This document shows positions 49,604 through 60,200 of a stretch of DNA of 64,000 nt, in pieces (position 1 is the stretch's first letter; every line of letters begins with the position of its first letter). Origin of the DNA: a virus. Taxonomy: Duplodnaviria > Caudoviricetes. Made by a program: the position numbers and the translations under genes. A model generated the notes under the pieces. That model was not told the DNA's origin. It did no database searches and worked only from the letters and a program-made list of their open reading frames with translations. The stretch is taken from IMG/VR virus record IMGVR_UViG_2667527381_000001, positions 138 to 64,137 of that record. The stretch is one strand, 5' to 3'.

Positions 49604-50632
49604 ATGAATACGCTGCCCATTTACGGCACCTACTATCTGAACCGCCTTATCGAGCGCCTTGTGCCGCGCCCGATGTTTTTTGCGGATAGATTCTTTCCGA
49701 CGGTGGTCCAGTCGCTGCGGGAGGAGGTTTACTTTGATGAGGCTCCTGGCGTCAAAGCCGGTATTGCCCCTTTCGTTCACCCGCTCAACGAAGCCCCGAT
49801 GATCAGAAGCCAGGGCTATCGGACGAAGTCCTTCAAACCAGCCTACATCAAGGAAAAAACGGATCTGACGCCCGACCGTGGCTTCACCCGCCTCGCAGGC
49901 GAGGGTTTTGGTGGGGAGCTGACCCCGATGCAGCGTCTTGAAATCCTTCTGACCCGAGACATCAAGCGCCTTCAGGATAGATGGATGAACAGGATCGAAC
50001 TCATGGCGGCCGAGGTGGTCAAAACAGGAATGCTCACCATCAAAGGCGATGGCCTTGATGCTGTGCTCGACTTTGAGCGCGACAAATCACTCGGCGTCAA
50101 ACTCACAGGTGACAAGTCCTGGGCCAACAAGGCTTTTCCGATGCGCTCCTGGATTCAGAAAAGACAGGCGAACATGGCCCGTCTTAACCTGAGGCAGAGG
50201 CGGCCAGGGATGATGATCATGCACGAGAGCGCCTATGACCTTTTTCTTTCCTGCGATGAAGTGCAAAGGATGCTGCCTGACTATATTCGTGGCGCTGAGC
50301 TTCGACTCCTGCAAACACCCAGTGCCCAGTCCTTTGATAGCCTCGTCTACAAAGGAAATTTTGGAAACGTTGATATCTACGTGTACGACGCCGTTTCCGA
50401 TGACGGAAAGGCCTATATCGATGAAAATCAGGTGCTTTTATGCTGCGATGGGGTGGACGGCATCCGATTCTTTGGGGCAATTCATGATCTTGATGCCAAT
50501 CTGGTTCCGCAAAAAACCTTCCTAAAGTCATGGACCATTGAGGATCCAAGCCAGCGGCTGGTCATGCTGCAGTCGGCGCCGCTGCTTGCGACCTTTGACC
50601 CGAACACTGCAGAACTTGTTACGGTGGCTTGA
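49604..50632 (+). CDS. Major capsid protein E (lambda family)
   Basis: FFADRFFP, APFVHP, FKPAYIKEK, KSWTIEDPS...MLQSAPL. Confidence 0.92.
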   Translation: MNTLPIYGTYYLNRLIERLVPRPMFFADRFFPTVVQSLREEVYFDEAPGVKAGIAPFVHPLNEAPMIRSQGYRTKSFKPAYIKEKTDLTPDRGFTRLAGEGFGGELTPMQRLEILLTRDIKRLQDRWMNRIELMAAEVVKTGMLTIKGDGLDAVLDFERDKSLGVKLTGDKSWANKAFPMRSWIQKRQANMARLNLRQRRPGMMIMHESAYDLFLSCDEVQRMLPDYIRGAELRLLQTPSAQSFDSLVYKGNFGNVDIYVYDAVSDDGKAYIDENQVLLCCDGVDGIRFFGAIHDLDANLVPQKTFLKSWTIEDPSQRLVMLQSAPLLATFDPNTAELVTVA

Positions 50633-50922
50633 TGCCGGCTCCTGAATTTTCCGAAAGCTTCGAGATTGACGGGCATGTGTTTCAGGCAATTTTCACAGAG
50701 TTTGATGAAAAAGCGGAGGGCTTCGAGCCCGGCCGCTTTACGCGGGTGATCCGTATCCTGGTTCTGGATGAGGATGCGGGACTGATGGAGAGCGGCGATG
50801 TTATCAGGCGTCTCAGGACCGGCCAGACCTATTCGCTCAAGCCTAAAAAAATGTCCGGCGCAGGCCTCGTGGAGATTGATCTTCACCCGGTCGACGGACG
50901 CAGCGTGGAAAGAACATTCTGA
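50629..50922 (+). CDS. Head-tail joining protein (gpFII-like)
   Basis: Position after the capsid gene, size. Confidence 0.55.
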   Translation: MMPAPEFSESFEIDGHVFQAIFTEFDEKAEGFEPGRFTRVIRILVLDEDAGLMESGDVIRRLRTGQTYSLKPKKMSGAGLVEIDLHPVDGRSVERTF

Positions 50923-51393
50923 ATGCTGATTGCGATCCGAACCGAAATTGAATGTGTGCTCGGAAAGGCTCTCCCAGACTGGAAACGTTTTTCCGCTCGC
51001 GTGCAAAAGATATCCGAAGCGGATCTGCCTTGCGTGAATATGTTCATTCACAGGGATAGGCTGATCGAGGAAGGCAATGGTCTTGAACGTCGGCAGGTCA
51101 TGATCGAAATCGAAGGCGGCTTTATCGTCAAAGGTGATGCCGAGCAGGAACTCTCTGATCTTCGCGCGCGAATCGAGCATGCGATCGAGTCGAGTGAGGC
51201 TCTCATGCGGAAGGTCCTGAAGCTTCTTTTTATGAATGTCGAATTTTCGCATGACATGGCAGGCAGCCAGCGCGTGGCGGTGCTTACGATGTCGGCGCGA
51301 ATTGATTACGAGCGGCCGTATCCACGTCCAGCAGCTCAATTCATAAGTCCGGTCCTCAGTCCCACCATCAACGGGGAGAAGGCTGATGGATAA
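50923..51393 (+). CDS. Tail terminator-like protein
   Basis: Position; DLPCVNMF and C-terminal strand pattern. Confidence 0.55.
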   Translation: MLIAIRTEIECVLGKALPDWKRFSARVQKISEADLPCVNMFIHRDRLIEEGNGLERRQVMIEIEGGFIVKGDAEQELSDLRARIEHAIESSEALMRKVLKLLFMNVEFSHDMAGSQRVAVLTMSARIDYERPYPRPAAQFISPVLSPTINGEKADG

Positions 51394-51982
51394 TGAGCTG
51401 GCGATCCAGGATCTCTCGCGGCGCATGGATAACCTTCTAAGGCCAGGGAAGATCCTGGCTGTGGATCATGAGCGGGCCAGGGCCAGGGTAAGGCTCGGTG
51501 AGAATCTTTACACGACCTGGCTCCCCTGTTTTGCCCGTCGCGCCGGAAACACGATCGACTGGGATCCGCCTGAACCTGGCGAGCAGTGTCTTGTTCTGGC
51601 CCCGGGCGGGGAGCTGGCCGGAGGCTTTGTCCTGACCGGGCTATATTCATCGACCCATCCGGCTCCCGCGAAGGAAAAAAACCTCACGCTTAGAAAATAT
51701 CCGGACGGCCTTGAGCTTTCCTATGACCATGCGGCCCACACACTCACCATCAGACGGCCGGATGATCTCAGCGTGATTGTGAAGGGGTCGCGGATGGAGT
51801 TCTGGACGGACAAATTCGAGATATTCAGCAGGGCAAAGTTTGGGCTTATGAAGACGATTTCCGACGCTTTGAAGTCGATCAGCAAATCAAAGACTTCAAC
51901 CATGATGGGGCCGCAAAATCTTCTCCCTGCTGCCACGGAGCTACCAGGGCTGATTGAAAAAATTGATTCCTTTGGGGGATGA
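51386..51982 (+). CDS. Baseplate assembly/spike protein V (P2 gpV)
   Basis: TTWLPCFARRAG...WDPPEPGEQCLVLAPGGELAGGFVLTGLYS; YPDG..LSYDH. Confidence 0.92.
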   Translation: MDNELAIQDLSRRMDNLLRPGKILAVDHERARARVRLGENLYTTWLPCFARRAGNTIDWDPPEPGEQCLVLAPGGELAGGFVLTGLYSSTHPAPAKEKNLTLRKYPDGLELSYDHAAHTLTIRRPDDLSVIVKGSRMEFWTDKFEIFSRAKFGLMKTISDALKSISKSKTSTMMGPQNLLPAATELPGLIEKIDSFGG

Positions 51983-51983
51983 T

Positions 51984-52172
51984 GTGCCACTTCAGGGTTC
52001 TGAACAAAGCCTCGCAGCCGCGCTCAAATCGGCAGCGAAGTCCACGGACGGCGATGCGGACGGGGCCTGGGAAAAGGTCGCCGATGCGATTATCCGCCAT
52101 ATCACGGAGAACGCGGTGGTCACAGGCACAACGCCCAATGGCGGTCCGATCATGAAGGGAAAAATCACATGA
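51984..52172 (+). CDS. Small hypothetical baseplate-region protein
   Basis: GTG after the gpV stop; overlaps the next gene. Confidence 0.5.
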   Translation: MPLQGSEQSLAAALKSAAKSTDGDADGAWEKVADAIIRHITENAVVTGTTPNGGPIMKGKIT

Positions 52173-52480
52173 TGGGAATGGACGAAGGGACGGGAAATCT
52201 CATCAGTGGCGAAGCCTGGATCCGGCAGGCGGTCAGGCGGGCGATAAAAACGCAAAAAGGTTCACGGCCGATGCTCCGCTGGTACGGGGTCAATCATCTG
52301 AAATACCTCGGCCGCCAGATCACAGCCGGCTCGGTCCTGGATCTGACGGCTGACCTTTCCGACAGCATCGAGGCCACGATTCCCGGGGCAAGACTCAGAA
52401 CGGTCATCGGCCAGGAAAACGGCGAGCGGATCAAGGTCTCGCTTGAGCTTGAGACAAACAATATTGAAGTGGAAACATAG
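52169..52480 (+). CDS. Baseplate protein W/gp25-like
   Basis: GMD..TG, IRQAVRRAIKTQKGSRPMLRWYG. Confidence 0.85.
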   Translation: MMGMDEGTGNLISGEAWIRQAVRRAIKTQKGSRPMLRWYGVNHLKYLGRQITAGSVLDLTADLSDSIEATIPGARLRTVIGQENGERIKVSLELETNNIEVET

Positions 52481-52482
52481 TC

Positions 52483-53322
52483 ATGCAGCTGCCAAAAATT
52501 ATCGAAACCCCCGACTTTCAAAGAAGCCTCGAGGAGAACCTCGATCGCTTTACGGCTCTCGCCCGGGAGAAAATCCCTGGTTTCACAAGGCCGACCCCTG
52601 CGGATCCCGCGTATCATCTTCTGGTCGAGATCACCCTGCTGCGGGTCATCATTACCGAGAAGACCAACGCAGCGGCATACGCGCAGCTTATAAGGCTGTC
52701 AAACGACCTTGAATTTATCTTCAAGGGTAAACTCCGTCCGGGTGAGGACTATGAAGCCTTCCGGGCGAGGATGCGCGGCACAAGGTATCTCGCCTCGCCG
52801 GCGGGAACCGTGGCCATGTACAAGGCCCTTTCATTTCTTTATGGCGAAGCCACCCTTGGCACAGGGAGGGATGCGCGCTCGGCCGCAGTCAAGGATGCCC
52901 ATGTTCAGGTCTCGGGCGGGGCCATTCTCGTTCATGTGCTCGTGAGCAGCGAGGCAGCTGATCTCAAGGCGGCTGTGGTTTCCGCCCTGACGGAAGCCTT
53001 CAAACTGGAAACGGTCAAACCTGCGCTGGATTCGGTGACATTCCGCGCGGCTCTCACAACGCCCTTTCCGATCGCAGCGACGATTTCCCTCATGCCGGGA
53101 TTTGGCCAGGATCACAAGGCCACGATTGAGAAAAATTTCCGGGAAAGGTTTGAAGCCGAAAAGCGTCTCGGCTGGGTTCCGACCGTAAGCTGGATCATCA
53201 AGGAGCTGCACCATACAGGCGTCCGGTCAGTGGTTCTGCGCTCGCCTGTCAGCAATATTCCGGTTCAGCCTGAGCGCTATGCGGTGATCTCCACTCTTGA
53301 TCTGGCGGTGGAGACAGCATGA
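52483..53322 (+). CDS. Baseplate J-like protein
   Basis: LPKIIETPDF, DPAYHLL, SPAGTVAMYK. Confidence 0.85.
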   Translation: MQLPKIIETPDFQRSLEENLDRFTALAREKIPGFTRPTPADPAYHLLVEITLLRVIITEKTNAAAYAQLIRLSNDLEFIFKGKLRPGEDYEAFRARMRGTRYLASPAGTVAMYKALSFLYGEATLGTGRDARSAAVKDAHVQVSGGAILVHVLVSSEAADLKAAVVSALTEAFKLETVKPALDSVTFRAALTTPFPIAATISLMPGFGQDHKATIEKNFRERFEAEKRLGWVPTVSWIIKELHHTGVRSVVLRSPVSNIPVQPERYAVISTLDLAVETA

Positions 53323-53723
53323 TTGAGCCGATTTTACGAAAGCTTTATCCATCGTTCGATCCGGCACCGATAGAGAACGTCCGGCTTCGCGCGGACCCTG
53401 AAATCAGGGAGGCCATCCTTTGGGAATACAGCCTTGAGCCGCTCCTTCCGTATGCCGTTGACCCCAAAAGGCTCGATGAGGAGATCCAGGAATTCATGCG
53501 GCTCCATGGGACACTTTTTGCAATTCGGACGGCCATGCGCTGGGTTGGATTTTCAAATATCAGGTTCATTCCGCTTTCCCACTTTGAGTATGAGGTCGAT
53601 CCCCGGCACATTCCATCCGAGCGGGAAATTGAGGCGATTCGCGCCGCTCTTTTCGTATCAGTTCAGGCCCGCGGCAAACTTAAACGAATCTTTCATGGAT
53701 CATTCGAGGTCAAATATGAGTGA
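53319..53723 (+). CDS. Tail protein I-like (short)
   Basis: Follows J; LLP...HGTLFAIRTAM. Confidence 0.7.
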   Translation: MIEPILRKLYPSFDPAPIENVRLRADPEIREAILWEYSLEPLLPYAVDPKRLDEEIQEFMRLHGTLFAIRTAMRWVGFSNIRFIPLSHFEYEVDPRHIPSEREIEAIRAALFVSVQARGKLKRIFHGSFEVKYE

Positions 53724-54213
53724 CGCACTTTACGTGCATGGAATCATCATCAGCCAAGCGACTGGCGAAGCCCAGGAAATCCGTTCGCCATCAACCAGCG
53801 TTGTCGGGATTGTGGGAACAGCGCCACAAAGCAAGGAACTTGTCGTCAATTTTCCTGCAGCTTTCCTTGGAAAAAAGGCCGCTCTTGAAGCCATTTATCC
53901 GGAAGGATCAAAGGGGGACAAGGGAACGCTTTACGAGGCCGTGATCGGTGTTCAGGAACAGGGCCTTGCGCGCATGGTCCTTGTGAAGTCAGTATCGGGT
54001 TCCCAGGCCGACATTTTAAAAGCCATCGATGCCTTGCCGATGGCCAAATCGGTGACGGGATACAAACCCAAGATTCTGATTGTGCCCGGCTTTGGCAGCG
54101 AGATCACGCAGGACACGGTGAATCCTGCACCGGCACCAAACCCGACGCCGGCACCCAATCCGACGCCTGCGCCGGAACCCGAAAACAATCGAAACAGACC
54201 ACGGGGGAGCTGA
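53716..54213 (+). CDS. Tail sheath protein, N-terminal part
   Basis: YVHGI...STSVVGIVGTAP...GTLYEAV...KPKILIVPGF; Pro-rich tail; ATG 53716 in the frame of track ORF 53434. Confidence 0.85.
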   Translation: MSDALYVHGIIISQATGEAQEIRSPSTSVVGIVGTAPQSKELVVNFPAAFLGKKAALEAIYPEGSKGDKGTLYEAVIGVQEQGLARMVLVKSVSGSQADILKAIDALPMAKSVTGYKPKILIVPGFGSEITQDTVNPAPAPNPTPAPNPTPAPEPENNRNRPRGS

Positions 54214-54216
54214 TAC

Positions 54217-54975
54217 ATGGCTGATACCGCAAATCCAATTGTGACAAAACTCGTAGCCGTTGCGCGGCGCCTTAAAGCGATTGCGATTGTCGATGGCCCG
54301 GAGGATGAAAAAGAGCTGAAAAAATTCAGGGGCCTCAATGGCAACACGCGGCTTTATGTCGTCTCGCCGAAGGTCAAGGTCGCAGACGGCGACAAGACCA
54401 GTGCTGTCCCGGCCAGCTCCCATGTGGCCGGCGTTTTTGCCAGGATCAACTTCTGGCAGTCGCCATCGAATCAGCCGCTTTATGGAATTCTTGGAACAAA
54501 TGTGGGGGTCTCCTTTGAGATGGATGATCCCGAGTCTACGGCCCAGCAGTATAACGCAATGCAGGTTGCGACCCTTATCCGTGAGGATGGAGGCTTCAGG
54601 GTCTGGGGAGCCAAGGGCACAGGAAGTTCATCGGACTCAAAAACGAGTCAGATACAAAAGGTCCGCATCGCCGATGCCATCGAGGAGGCCATAGCCGCCT
54701 CAACCCGCTGGGCCGTGGCAGCAGGGATCAATCGCGACTTCATAGGAGCGGTTGAAAGAAAAGTGAATAACTTTTTTTCGGATCTGATCCGTGAGGGAGC
54801 CATTGTCGGCGGCGAATGTAGGGGCGATACGGAACGTAACACAGCCGATGCTCTGGCCCGCGGCGATGTCTACTGGAAGTACAGCTTCACGCCAACCGCC
54901 GTGGCCGAGACGCTTCATTTTGAAGGATTCAACACCAATAAATACTACGAAAATTTTGGGGAAGGAGCCCAATGA
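54217..54975 (+). CDS. Tail sheath protein, C-terminal part
   Basis: RLKAIAIVDGP, WQSPSNQ, GFRVWG, VRIADAI; GGGGAG RBS. Confidence 0.9.
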   Translation: MADTANPIVTKLVAVARRLKAIAIVDGPEDEKELKKFRGLNGNTRLYVVSPKVKVADGDKTSAVPASSHVAGVFARINFWQSPSNQPLYGILGTNVGVSFEMDDPESTAQQYNAMQVATLIREDGGFRVWGAKGTGSSSDSKTSQIQKVRIADAIEEAIAASTRWAVAAGINRDFIGAVERKVNNFFSDLIREGAIVGGECRGDTERNTADALARGDVYWKYSFTPTAVAETLHFEGFNTNKYYENFGEGAQ

Positions 54976-56102
54976 ATTCATTTCGCCTGATTTTATTTGC
55001 AGCTATTTTCTGTCTTGGATTTGCCGTGTTCGCGCAGCAAACGGCACCGCTTTTTTCCGATAATGAAAGTCCCACGTTTGAGAACACCTACCTTATCGAC
55101 AATATCGGCACCAACAGCAAGGGAGGGGATCTTACGCTCAGAATTCACAAAACCGCCCCATTCGGTGAGTGCAAAGACAGGGTGAACTGCCCTGCATCAG
55201 TGATTGTTTCCGGGGCCACAGGCAATGTGAACATGCCTGTTGATGTGAATGTCCGCTCGCTTCATGTCGGCAAAAATCCGGTGATTGATGCCACAGGGAA
55301 ATGGGTCGGGTTGCCCACAGGTCTTCAGGGGCCTCAGGGTCCGAAAGGCGAGAAGGGGGAGCCCGGACCTCAGGGGCCACAGGGACCGAAAGGACAAGCC
55401 GGCTCGCAGGGTTTGAAGGGTGATCGAGGCGAGCCAGGACCGGCCGGTCCCAAAGGCGAACCTGGTCCTCAAGGTAATGAAGGAAAACCTGGTTCGGCCG
55501 GTCCTAAGGGAGACAAGGGTAACAAGGGCGAACCTGGTGACCCAGGCAGGGGCTGCTCATACGACAATCAGGCACAAAAAATTGTTTGTGCAGATGGATC
55601 ATCGATTGAAGTCGCAGCGCTCAAAGGCCCAAAGGGTGATCAGGGTCCAAAAGGTGACAAAGGTGACATGGGTGAGCCCGGACAGGGCTGCTGGTATGAC
55701 GACCGGAGGAATCCAAAGATAGTTTGCGCTGATGGAAGCTCGATCAGCATTGAAGAATTGAGAGGACCGCAAGGAGAGAGAGGGCCCATGGGGCCAACTG
55801 GAGCTCAGGGACCAAAAGGCAATACCGGACCTATGGGTCCTCAGGGACCCAAGGGGACGGTCGGCAGCTGCAGGAGCGTCTCGGCAGAAACCACTGTTTT
55901 GCATACGGCGGAAGTTTCCGCTTTTTGTGGCAGTGGCGAAATCCTCGTTGGTGGCGGCTGCCATATAACAAGCGGGAGTGGTGTGCAGCTTCAGACTTCG
56001 ACTCCTGTCATCGAGGATGCCACCTGGTTCTGCGAATGGATCTGGAAATCGGGAGTCAGTCCTCAGATCAAAGGCACTGCTGTTGCCATCTGCTGCAAGT
56101 GA
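54972..56102 (+). CDS. Signal-peptide-bearing collagen-like protein with Cys-rich C-terminal domain
   Basis: [21 protein letters not shown] leader; Gly-X-Y runs interrupted by two GC.YD...[10 protein letters not shown] units. Confidence 0.85.
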   Translation: MNSFRLILFAAIFCLGFAVFAQQTAPLFSDNESPTFENTYLIDNIGTNSKGGDLTLRIHKTAPFGECKDRVNCPASVIVSGATGNVNMPVDVNVRSLHVGKNPVIDATGKWVGLPTGLQGPQGPKGEKGEPGPQGPQGPKGQAGSQGLKGDRGEPGPAGPKGEPGPQGNEGKPGSAGPKGDKGNKGEPGDPGRGCSYDNQAQKIVCADGSSIEVAALKGPKGDQGPKGDKGDMGEPGQGCWYDDRRNPKIVCADGSSISIEELRGPQGERGPMGPTGAQGPKGNTGPMGPQGPKGTVGSCRSVSAETTVLHTAEVSAFCGSGEILVGGGCHITSGSGVQLQTSTPVIEDATWFCEWIWKSGVSPQIKGTAVAICCK

Positions 56103-56112
56103 GGAGGCGTGA

Positions 56113-56634
56113 ATGTCAGTTAAATTTCCCCTGTACCTCAAAAACTTCAACCTGATCCTGGGGCCGACCGACTACGCGGGCGTTGTGGAGGAGGTCACCT
56201 TTCCGAAAATTGCCTACAAGACCGAGGAGGTTTTGAACGCCGGCATGGCGATGCCGATCAAGATGCCGACCGTGCTTGAAGCCATGGACGTGACGTTCAA
56301 GATGTCCGAGCAAACCTTCGAAGGTTATGTTCTGGCCGGTGCTCCGACCGCAGGGCTGGTTGATGCCGTGGTTCACGGGCACATGCAGAATGCACTCGGC
56401 GCGACATCGGAGCTGATCTATGCGATGCGCGGGACCATTCTCAAGATTGACCCGGGATCGGCAAAAAATGGTGATCTCAAGGCGGGCGTGCAGACGCTGG
56501 AGATGAATCTCATGTCGCTCCTTGTCGCGCGCGACAATATCCCCATCTTCGCCGTCGATGCACAAAATGGTGTTGTGAAGCACGGGCCTCTCGATCACTT
56601 CGAGTCGGCAAGAAAGAACCTGAAGCTTGGTTAA
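56113..56634 (+). CDS. Major tail tube protein (P2 FII-like)
   Basis: LKNFNL...YAGVVEEVTFPKI...AGM; DHFESARKNL. Confidence 0.88.
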   Translation: MSVKFPLYLKNFNLILGPTDYAGVVEEVTFPKIAYKTEEVLNAGMAMPIKMPTVLEAMDVTFKMSEQTFEGYVLAGAPTAGLVDAVVHGHMQNALGATSELIYAMRGTILKIDPGSAKNGDLKAGVQTLEMNLMSLLVARDNIPIFAVDAQNGVVKHGPLDHFESARKNLKLG

Positions 56635-56655
56635 TGGCATAGCCATGATTTTAAG

Positions 56656-57066
56656 ATGGGAGAAATCCAAGTGATCCATAAGCTTATTCACCCCTTTGAG
56701 CACAAGGGAGAAACAATTGCCGCCATCAGCCTTCCCGATACCGCAAGGCTCAGGCATCAGGTGGCATCGCTTCGTGTGGCCAGGGATGCCGCAGAGAAAA
56801 GTGCGGGCCTTAAAATGGACCTTTCCCTCTCTGATGATGCTCTTTTAAGTCCGGATCTTGTCCGAATGCTGGAGATCAATCTTGAAAGCGATCGGGCCAT
56901 GATTGAAGCGTTCTGCGAGGATCTTCCGGCTGATGCGCTCGATGAACTTTCGATAGAGGATATGGAAGTGATCAACGCCCATGTCAGGCGGCTCATGCAC
57001 CGCGAAGCCAAAGCGGGCGAGGCGGAGCCTGGAAAAAAGCCGACCCGGCCCGCTCGCTCCGCATGA
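56656..57066 (+). CDS. Tail assembly chaperone (gpE-like)
   Basis: KLIHPFEH, DALDELSIED; between tube and tape measure. Confidence 0.75.
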   Translation: MGEIQVIHKLIHPFEHKGETIAAISLPDTARLRHQVASLRVARDAAEKSAGLKMDLSLSDDALLSPDLVRMLEINLESDRAMIEAFCEDLPADALDELSIEDMEVINAHVRRLMHREAKAGEAEPGKKPTRPARSA

Positions 57067-57284
57067 TCATGCGGGCTGTGTCCGTCATGCGCGAGCGCTA
57101 TGGTTTTACGGCCTTTGAGTGCCTGGATATGACCATGGGCGAATTTGAGGAATGGCTGGGGGCGCTGGATGATTCGAATGAGGGTCCGGGTGATGGAGAG
57201 GTGGCGGTAAATGTCGAGACAGGTCAGTGTATTGATCCGCGCAGCATTAGACAGCGCGTTCAAAAGCACTTTTCAAACGGCTGA
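57063..57284 (+). CDS. gpE'-like extension, probably expressed by -1 frameshift
   Basis: YGFTAFECLDMTMGEFEEW resembles E'; in the -1 frame from A AAA AAG at 57033. Confidence 0.7.
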   Translation: MIMRAVSVMRERYGFTAFECLDMTMGEFEEWLGALDDSNEGPGDGEVAVNVETGQCIDPRSIRQRVQKHFSNG

Positions 57285-60200
57285 TGAAAGGCTCCGCGGG
57301 GTAAACAGTGCGCTGAGGGAAATGAAGCGCACCGCGTCTGAGATGCGGGGGCTCCAGCGGACAAGGGATGACATCGCCGGGCTGACCGGGAAACTCGAGG
57401 CCCAGAAAAAGGCCCTTTCCGATGTTCGGGGGAAGCTTGAGCAGCAGAAGGCCGCCTATGCCGCGCTTGATCAGAGGATGGAATCAGCCCGCGAAAAAGT
57501 TAAACAGGCAACCGAGGCCCATGCACGGCACCGCGAGGAACTCGGCAGGGAGCGTGCCGCGATTGAAGCCTCGCGGCGTCCCACAGAGGAGCAGATCGCA
57601 AGGCTTGAAAGGCTCAGAAATGGCCTGAAGGAGGCCAGGGATGCGAAGGCTGCGGCCGATCGCATGCTTCGTGGCGCCGAGGGAGCGCTTGAAGGCAAAC
57701 GGCAGTTTCTGGCCGTCACGCATTCGAGAATTGGAACCCTTGAAGCGACCCGTAGCGCTGCCATCAAAGGGGGCGCTCCCGAGGCAGAGATCCAGCGGAT
57801 CACCGCGGCTCTGGAGAAGGAAAAGCTCAAGGCCCGGGAACTTTCCGATGCTATGCACATTTATGAAGCTGAAGCCCGGAGAGCCGCAGCCGCTGCAGCG
57901 GAAGCTGCCGCCCGTCTTGATGAAATGAACCGCCAGCTTTCTGAGCAGAAAAAGCTCATGTCAGGCATGCCAACTGAAGAGGAGACTGCCAAACTCGAAG
58001 CCCTTGAAAGGCAGGTCCATGACTCCGGAAGGGCCATGGCCGAGGCCAAAAAGGAGGAAAAGGAGGCCACCGACGCGCATCGCGCACATGCCAAAGCCGC
58101 CTCTCAGGCGGGTGAAAGCCTAGAGCAGCTTGAAAAAAAGGAGCGCGACCATGCGGCCTCCGTGGCAGGGACTGAGCATCATATTGAAAGGGCAAGGGAG
58201 GCATCCAATCGCTACTCATCCTCCCTTCAAAAGCAGGGGCTGAGTGTCGAGGATCTGACCGATGCCCAAAGAAGGCATAATCAGGCCATCGAGCGTCAGC
58301 AGTATCTTGCGCGCCGGCAGGAGGAGCTGAACCGTCTTCGGGATCGCGCCCGGGATCTAAGGTCACAGGCCATGAGCCATCTTTATTTCACACTTGGCAG
58401 CGGCTATCTCTTTACGGCTCCGCTCAGGCATGCCCTGGAATTCGAAAAGGCCATGGTCAGGGTCAAGGCCATGTCGGGTGCCAACTCCGAGGAGTACAGG
58501 CGTCTCAAGGATGAAGCCAGAAGACTTGGCTCTGAGACGATCTTCACAGCAAAGGAGGTGGCTGAAGCCTATAACGAGTTGGCCACTGCTGGGTATCGAA
58601 CCAATGACATGATCGCGATCATGCCTAGCATGCTGGCCCTTTCTGAAAGCTCGATGACATCCCTCGCCCGCACGGCCGAGATTACGAGCGAGGTTCTGCA
58701 GGGATTCAGGATCGATGTTTCGGAAATGGCCCGGGTCGGCGATGCCCTGACGGCCGCCTATTCCTCCTCCGCTTCCAGCCTTGAATCCCTCGGGGAAATG
58801 CTGAAATACGCGGCGGCTCCGGCCGTCGATGTCGGCTCATCCCTTGAGCAGACCCTCGCCGCATCATCGATTCTTCATAACACCGGCATCAAGGGCTCCA
58901 TGGCCGGAACGAGCATGCGCGCCATATTCCTTCGCATGGCCAAGCCGCCCAAGGAGCTGAAGAGGATTCTTGATGCCATGGATATCAGCACCGTGGATAA
59001 GGACAATAACGTTCGGAACTGGATGGATGTTCTTTCGGATATCAATCTCAGGCTCAAGGGAGCCGGGAGCGCAAAACGCGCGGCCGTATCGAAGGCCCTG
59101 GGCGGCGAGGAGCATGCGCCGGCCGCTTCCAATCTTCTGGCTGCCGTGGACAGCGGCGCGCTCCGCTTCATGGAAAGGACCTTGAAACTCGCCGGCCCAT
59201 TCAACCTTATGGCTAAACGGCTCCTCTCCATGCCGGATCAGGATCTGAAAAAGGCTTCTGACAGCCTTGGAGTGAAGCTGAACAAGGCCATGAGTGGCGG
59301 CGGTATGGCCCTGGCTTTTGCGGAGTCCCTCAAAGGGCTCAAGGGCGAGGTATTTGAGCGGCAGATGGGGCGAATATTCAGTGAGTTGAATCTGACACCA
59401 ACGTTGGAGGATATCAGGCCCGATGAATTTGTCGGTACCGGAAAAAAGGTCGATGACGCTTTAAAAAGCCTTCAAATCAGCCGCACCAAGCCTCTCGGGG
59501 GAACAAAGACTAGCGAGGAGCTGACATCTGAAATCAAAACGCGGATTCAGATGCTGCCCATGTCCGAGCAGCTGAGATTCATTGAAATTTTCTTCTTGCG
59601 CACGCGAAGCGGGGTGAGGGAATTATTCATGGAGTTTCAAAAAGGCGGAAAGAATGCGGATCAGCTGATCAAGGCGCTTGACGAAATTCTCAACATGGAA
59701 AAGGCCAAAAAGGGTCTCAGTGAATCGACCATCAATGATCTCAAGAAGGTGGAAAGCGCCTGGGATGACATTAAAATCTCTCTTGGAAATTCCCTGATCC
59801 CTTTGCTGAAGGACCTTCTGGTCACGATTCAGCCCATCATCGATGGACTTGGCAAATGGCTCAGGGAGAATCAGACCATGGCCAAAAACATCATGCTTGG
59901 TGTCGGATCCCTCTTCGCATTCAGCGCGGCCATGGCTGCCGCGAAGTTTGCGCTTTCAGGCTTCGTTGACCTTTGGCGCGTGGGGAAATGGGGCGCTGGA
60001 CTTTTCGGGCCCGGCACCCGTGGTCGCAGAGGTTTTGGATGGCTTCGAACCGGAGCCGGTATTGGAAAAAATTTTCTTGTGGAAGGGCTCGTCAAATCAG
60101 GTTCCCTTGCCCGCTCCTCGCTCGGCGTGATCATGAACGCCGCCCGCGCGGCCGGTGCTGCCCTTCTTGCGATGGGGCCAGCGGGCTGGGCTGTGGCAGC

